Assembly (NCBI RefSeq): GCF_000008645.1
Contig: NC_000916.1
Coordinates: forward strand, 1,560,001-1,592,000
DNA length: 32,000 nucleotides
Origin: Methanothermobacter thermautotrophicus str. Delta H
GTDB lineage: Archaea > Methanobacteriota > Methanobacteria > Methanobacteriales > Methanothermobacteraceae
Direction: 5' to 3'
Positions 27,388 to 32,000 of the stretch are shown one piece after another (position 1 is the first letter of the stretch; each line of letters begins with the position of its first letter). Position numbers and translations under genes: made by a program. The notes below the pieces were generated by a model. It was given only the letters and a program-made list of their open reading frames with translations, did not search any database and was not told where the DNA came from.

Positions 27388-28223
27388 TCTCTCAGGATTG
27401 CAGTGGCTCTCCTTGCAGCCCAGCACTGTATGCAGACACCCACGGGGAGCCCTGCAGTGTGTGTATGGGCAGTCTTTATCTTAACGTCAAGGGCGGTGGT
27501 CTTACCACCCATACCCATGGGGCCACTGCCAGACTCGTTGATGGAGTTCAGTATGTCCTCCTCGAGGGATGCAAGTTTTTTATCAGGATTTCTATCCCCA
27601 ACACGTTCAAGCAGGGCCTTCTTTGCAAGTTTCATCGCAAGGTCAGAGGAGCCACCGATACCCACACCCACAATTACAGGGGGGCATGGCTTTCCACCGG
27701 CTTCCAGGACGGTCCTCACAACAAAGTCTTTAATACCCTCAATTCCATCACCCGGGAGGCCCATAAGGAGTGCATTGTTGTTCTCAGACCCGAATCCCTT
27801 CGGAAAAACTGTTATCTCAAGATTATCAGTGTCTGTGATTTCAACGTCGATCTGAGGTATCATCTGACCGGTATTTGTGCCGGTGTTCTCCCTTGTGAGG
27901 GGATCAACAACATTTGGGCGCAGCGGAACCTCCGCTGTGGCCCTCTCAACACCTGCAGCTATACCCTCGTAGAGGTCTTCAACCTCAACCTTACCCATCC
28001 TCACAAAGACGATGGGGAGCCCGGTGTCCTGACAGACAGGCACCTCCATCTTCTCTGCCAGTTCAATGTTATCAAGGATTGCCTTGAGGTTGAGGAGGGC
28101 TATCTCGTCTTCCTCCTGTAGGTAGGCCTTTTTAATCGCAAACGTGACATCGGGGGGTATCCTGATAACAGCCTCCCTGAACAGACGGCACACGGTCTCC
28201 TCAACGGTCTCCCTGCTTATCAT
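27378..28223 (-). CDS. fumA: Class I (Fe-S) fumarate hydratase alpha subunit
   Basis: 281 aa, beginning MISRETVEE... and containing the [11 protein letters not shown] motif, as in Fe-S hydro-lyase (tartrate/fumarate) alpha-type subunits. GGTGATCC precedes the ATG. The gene starts 22 nt after the porF stop. Confidence 0.88.
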   Translation of the reverse strand: MISRETVEETVCRLFREAVIRIPPDVTFAIKKAYLQEEDEIALLNLKAILDNIELAEKMEVPVCQDTGLPIVFVRMGKVEVEDLYEGIAAGVERATAEVPLRPNVVDPLTRENTGTNTGQMIPQIDVEITDTDNLEITVFPKGFGSENNNALLMGLPGDGIEGIKDFVVRTVLEAGGKPCPPVIVGVGIGGSSDLAMKLAKKALLERVGDRNPDKKLASLEEDILNSINESGSGPMGMGGKTTALDVKIKTAHTHTAGLPVGVCIQCWAARRATAILRDHM

Positions 28224-28245
28224 AGGATCACCATAAAAAATTAGT

Positions 28246-28677
28246 TTAATATTTCATGAGATTTTTCAGGCGTTTGAGCTCCCCGGCTATTTTATCCCTC
28301 TTTGCAGCCATCATATCCTCTGAGCTTTCACTGAGGGCGCCCTTTGGGCATACCATTACGCAGAGGGGCTTATCCCTGTCGATGCAGAGGTCGCATTTCA
28401 CTGCAACACCCCTCTCATTCAGGGTTATGGCACCCACGGGGCAGGCGTCCCGGCAGAGGCCGCAACCGATACACCGGTCCTCTAGGATGACCACAGCACC
28501 ATCCACTTCGACTATGGCATCCTCAGGGCATATGTTGAGGCAGGGGGCCCTTTCAGGTGAGCAGTGCATGCAGAAAACTGGAACACCATCTATAACCCGG
28601 ATGGCGTTCTTTGGACATATCCTCTCACATTTCATGCACTCATCGCACAGTTCTGGATTTGAAACCAGCTCTCTCAT
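28246..28677 (-). CDS. porF: Pyruvate oxidoreductase-associated polyferredoxin PorF
   Basis: Four Cys motifs are present: [40 protein letters not shown] and [17 protein letters not shown]. The ATG at 28677 (MRELVSNPE) is 1 nt after the porE stop. The ORF extension to 28803 overlaps porE. Confidence 0.85.
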   Translation of the reverse strand: MRELVSNPELCDECMKCERICPKNAIRVIDGVPVFCMHCSPERAPCLNICPEDAIVEVDGAVVILEDRCIGCGLCRDACPVGAITLNERGVAVKCDLCIDRDKPLCVMVCPKGALSESSEDMMAAKRDKIAGELKRLKNLMKY

Positions 28678-28678
28678 T

Positions 28679-29182
28679 CTAGTCCTCCTGTTCAAGCTTC
28701 TGCCGGGCCTTCCTCTTCGCTGTAAGTATGCTGAGGATATCTGATCCCCTCTGGCCCTTGCTGACACCTGCCATCCGTGATACGAATTTCTTCTGCCTTT
28801 CAAGTTTGAGTTTCTCAGTGTCTATGACGCTGAGGGCCCTCTTTGAGCACGCCTTTACACATGCGGGGGTGTCAAGGTTCGGGCACTGGCTGCACTTCTG
28901 GGCCTTACGGTCCTCCATGACGACGGCGCCGAAGGGACACACCACCATGCAGAGGCCGCAGCCGATGCACCTCTCAGGGTCCACCTCATCATCAATTGCA
29001 TCGGTGGGGCAAACAGTTCTGCAGGGGGCGTCCTCGCACTGCTGGCAGATTATGGGGTAATAGACGTCGTCGAGTTCCCTTATCATTATGCGGGAGGCAC
29101 CGTAAAGTTTTTTACAGGCCTCTTCACAGTCCCTGCAGCCATCACAGAGCTCTGGCTGAATAACGATCTTCTGCAATTCCAT
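28679..29182 (-). CDS. porE: Pyruvate oxidoreductase-associated polyferredoxin PorE
   Basis: Four Cys motifs are present: [37 protein letters not shown] and [16 protein letters not shown]. The gene follows porB by 6 nt. Confidence 0.85.
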   Translation of the reverse strand: MELQKIVIQPELCDGCRDCEEACKKLYGASRIMIRELDDVYYPIICQQCEDAPCRTVCPTDAIDDEVDPERCIGCGLCMVVCPFGAVVMEDRKAQKCSQCPNLDTPACVKACSKRALSVIDTEKLKLERQKKFVSRMAGVSKGQRGSDILSILTAKRKARQKLEQED

Positions 29183-29188
29183 CCCCCG

Positions 29189-30055
29189 CTATATCCTGAG
29201 TTCCTGGCATACACTGTCAACGTATTCCTGGATTCTGGCCTTCTGTTCCTCTGTGAGGTGTCTGAACCTTTTCTGTGCGTTGAGGTACTCCTCAACGGGT
29301 TTCCTCTGCACTGGTCTGTAGGTGACCCTGAAATCACCATCCTCTATCTCATAGAGTATCCAGGACCCGGTTTCAACTGCCAGCCTTCCGAGTTCCACTG
29401 TCTTCGCAGGATCAAAACCCCATCCGGTTGTGCATGGCTGGTGAAGGTGTATATAGGCAGGACCATCGGTTTCCTTGGCCTTTCTGACCTTCTCCATGAA
29501 GTCCTCAGGATATGATATTGATGCGGTGGCAACGTAGGGCACTCCATGGGCTGCCATTATGAGTGGCATGTTCTTCTTGGGTCTGTCCTCACCGAAGCTC
29601 TCCTTCCCATGGGGTGATGTGGTTGTTGAGGCACCGTAGGGTGTTGAGGCACTCCTCTGTATACCGGTGTTCATGTAGGCCTCGTTATCGTAGCAGATGT
29701 ATATGATGTTGTGGCCCCTCTCCATTGCACCGGATAGTGCCTGTAGTCCGATGTCTGCTGTTCCACCATCACCTGCAAAGGCCACTACGTTAACGTCATC
29801 CCTTCCCTTTGCCTTCAGAGCCCTTTCAACGCCTGATGCAACTGCAGCGGCGTTTTCAAATGCAACATGTATCCAGGGTATCCTCCATGCGGTTTCAGGG
29901 TAGGGTGTGGTGATAACTTCAAGGCAACCTGTTGATGATACTGCTACGGTGTTCTTTCCAAGAACCTTCAGGGCCAGCCTGACTCCAACTGTAGCACCGC
30001 ATCCTGCGCATCCACGGTGCCCTGGGGCCAGAAATTCTTCTTCAGGTATTTTCAT
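29189..30055 (-). CDS. porB: Pyruvate:ferredoxin oxidoreductase beta subunit (TPP-binding)
   Basis: The sequence contains HRGCAGCG and the TPP motif [11 protein letters not shown]...[10 protein letters not shown]. Its ATG overlaps the porA stop (ATGA). Confidence 0.92.
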   Translation of the reverse strand: MKIPEEEFLAPGHRGCAGCGATVGVRLALKVLGKNTVAVSSTGCLEVITTPYPETAWRIPWIHVAFENAAAVASGVERALKAKGRDDVNVVAFAGDGGTADIGLQALSGAMERGHNIIYICYDNEAYMNTGIQRSASTPYGASTTTSPHGKESFGEDRPKKNMPLIMAAHGVPYVATASISYPEDFMEKVRKAKETDGPAYIHLHQPCTTGWGFDPAKTVELGRLAVETGSWILYEIEDGDFRVTYRPVQRKPVEEYLNAQKRFRHLTEEQKARIQEYVDSVCQELRI

Positions 30056-31203
30056 TCTGATTCCTCCTTGAGACCGATCCAGGTGACGCTCCTTTCAGGG
30101 TTTTCCGTCCTTCTAACTATTTCCTCGATGTGTGCGGGTGTTATGTCCCTTCCACCAAGGCCCACAATGAATCCATAAACTTCCCTGTCACGGAGCAGGG
30201 CACTTATCTCTGTGTAAAGGGCTCCGCCGACACTGAATGTTATGTTCTTATCGAGGACCGCTACTTTACTGGCATTCCTAACAGCACTTTTAATCTCCTC
30301 AGCCGGGAAGGGTCTGTGCACCCTGACCTTAAGTAGTCCAACGGCCTTTCCCTTATCCCGGAGTTCATCGATGACCTCCCTGAGGGTGCTGCAGACTGAA
30401 CCCATGGCCACCAGGATTATTTCTGCATCTTCACAGCGATATTCCTCAACAAGGCCGTACTCCCGGCCGAACATTTCGCTGAATTCCCTGCATGCCCTTT
30501 CAATGATCTTCCTTGAACGCTCCATGGCCTTCTCGACCTCATAGCGGGCCTCCATGTAATAGTCAGGGTCTGTGAAGGTACCCAGTGACATGGGCTCATC
30601 AGGGTCAAGCATTACCTGGGGCTGGAATTCAGGGAGGAAGCTGTCAACATCCTCCTGTGAGGGGATGTCCACGGGTTCAACTGTGTGGGTCAGGATGAAC
30701 CCATCGAGGCACACCATACTGGGCAGCAGAACATCCCTGTCCTCTGATACCCTGTAGGATAGAAGGACAGAATCGAGGGCTTCCTGTCCACTTTCAACGT
30801 ATATCTGCATCCACCCTGAGTCCCGCTCTGCTATTGAATCCTGCTGGTCATTCCATATGCTGAGGGGTGCGGAGAGGGCGCGGTTTGCATTTGCCATTAC
30901 GATGGGATTCCTGAGCCCTGCTGCAGCATAGACTATCTCATGCATAAGCGCCAGTCCCTGGGAGGAGGTTGCGGTGAAAACCCGAACTCCAGCTCCTGAG
31001 GCGCCCACGCATGCGCTCATTGCACTGTGCTCTGATTCAACCCTTATGTATTCTGCTTTGAGTTCGCCATCAGCCACGAATTTTGCAAGGTACTCTGAAA
31101 TTGAGGTCTGGGGTGTTATGGGGTAAACAGGAATGACCTTTGGTTTTGCAAGCTTTGCTGCTTCTGCAACGGCCTGATTTGCTGATATAACCTTAAGAAC
31201 CAT
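30052..31203 (-). CDS. porA: Pyruvate:ferredoxin oxidoreductase alpha subunit
   Basis: 383 aa with an N-terminus typical of 2-oxoacid:ferredoxin oxidoreductase alpha subunits ([26 protein letters not shown]). It sits between porC/D and porB. Confidence 0.92.
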   Translation of the reverse strand: MVLKVISANQAVAEAAKLAKPKVIPVYPITPQTSISEYLAKFVADGELKAEYIRVESEHSAMSACVGASGAGVRVFTATSSQGLALMHEIVYAAAGLRNPIVMANANRALSAPLSIWNDQQDSIAERDSGWMQIYVESGQEALDSVLLSYRVSEDRDVLLPSMVCLDGFILTHTVEPVDIPSQEDVDSFLPEFQPQVMLDPDEPMSLGTFTDPDYYMEARYEVEKAMERSRKIIERACREFSEMFGREYGLVEEYRCEDAEIILVAMGSVCSTLREVIDELRDKGKAVGLLKVRVHRPFPAEEIKSAVRNASKVAVLDKNITFSVGGALYTEISALLRDREVYGFIVGLGGRDITPAHIEEIVRRTENPERSVTWIGLKEESE

Positions 31204-31214
31204 TTAAGTCTCTC

Positions 31215-32000
<786 letters not shown>

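Overview
This window looks like core chromosome of a hydrogenotrophic methanogen. Gene content and order resemble Methanothermobacter; that is inferred from recognisable protein families, not from a database search.

Left to right:
- The 3' part of a T2SS-F/FlaJ-like membrane gene.
- A minus-strand ECF metal importer: cbiM/nikM-like gene, PDGLE-type N component, cbiQ, cbiO.
- Divergent from it, the complete CODH/acetyl-CoA decarbonylase-synthase operon cdhA-cdhB-cdhC-cooC-cdhD-cdhE, followed by a CooF-like polyferredoxin.
- A minus-strand block: a HEAT-repeat protein, an alpha/alpha-toroid ORF, a GT-C-like membrane ORF, a geranylgeranyl-reductase-family flavoprotein and a small ferredoxin. The toroid and GT-C ORFs look like one gene split by a 1-nt frameshift.
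- tRNA-Leu(UAA) and tRNA-Thr(GGU).
- A metallophosphoesterase, a membrane protein and an HTH-PhoU regulator.
- A 2TM protein and a short citrate-synthase-family gene.
- The phosphate uptake locus pstS-pstS-pstC-pstA-pstB-phoU-orf-phoU.
- The minus-strand pyruvate:ferredoxin oxidoreductase operon porC/D-porA-porB-porE-porF, with fumA appended.

I saw no CRISPR array, IS element, integrase or recognisable defence gene, and I cannot support a wholly new multi-gene system here.

The observations most worth follow-up are:
- the split GT-C/toroid gene and its isoprenoid-themed neighbourhood;
- a four-fold HxxxH repeat tail on the ECF ATPase;
- interleaved inverted repeats in the cbiM/cdhA divergent region;
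- an uncharacterised gene between two phoU genes;
- a tandem duplication across a phoU stop codon;
- a decayed ferredoxin relic;
- a porC-porD in-frame junction.
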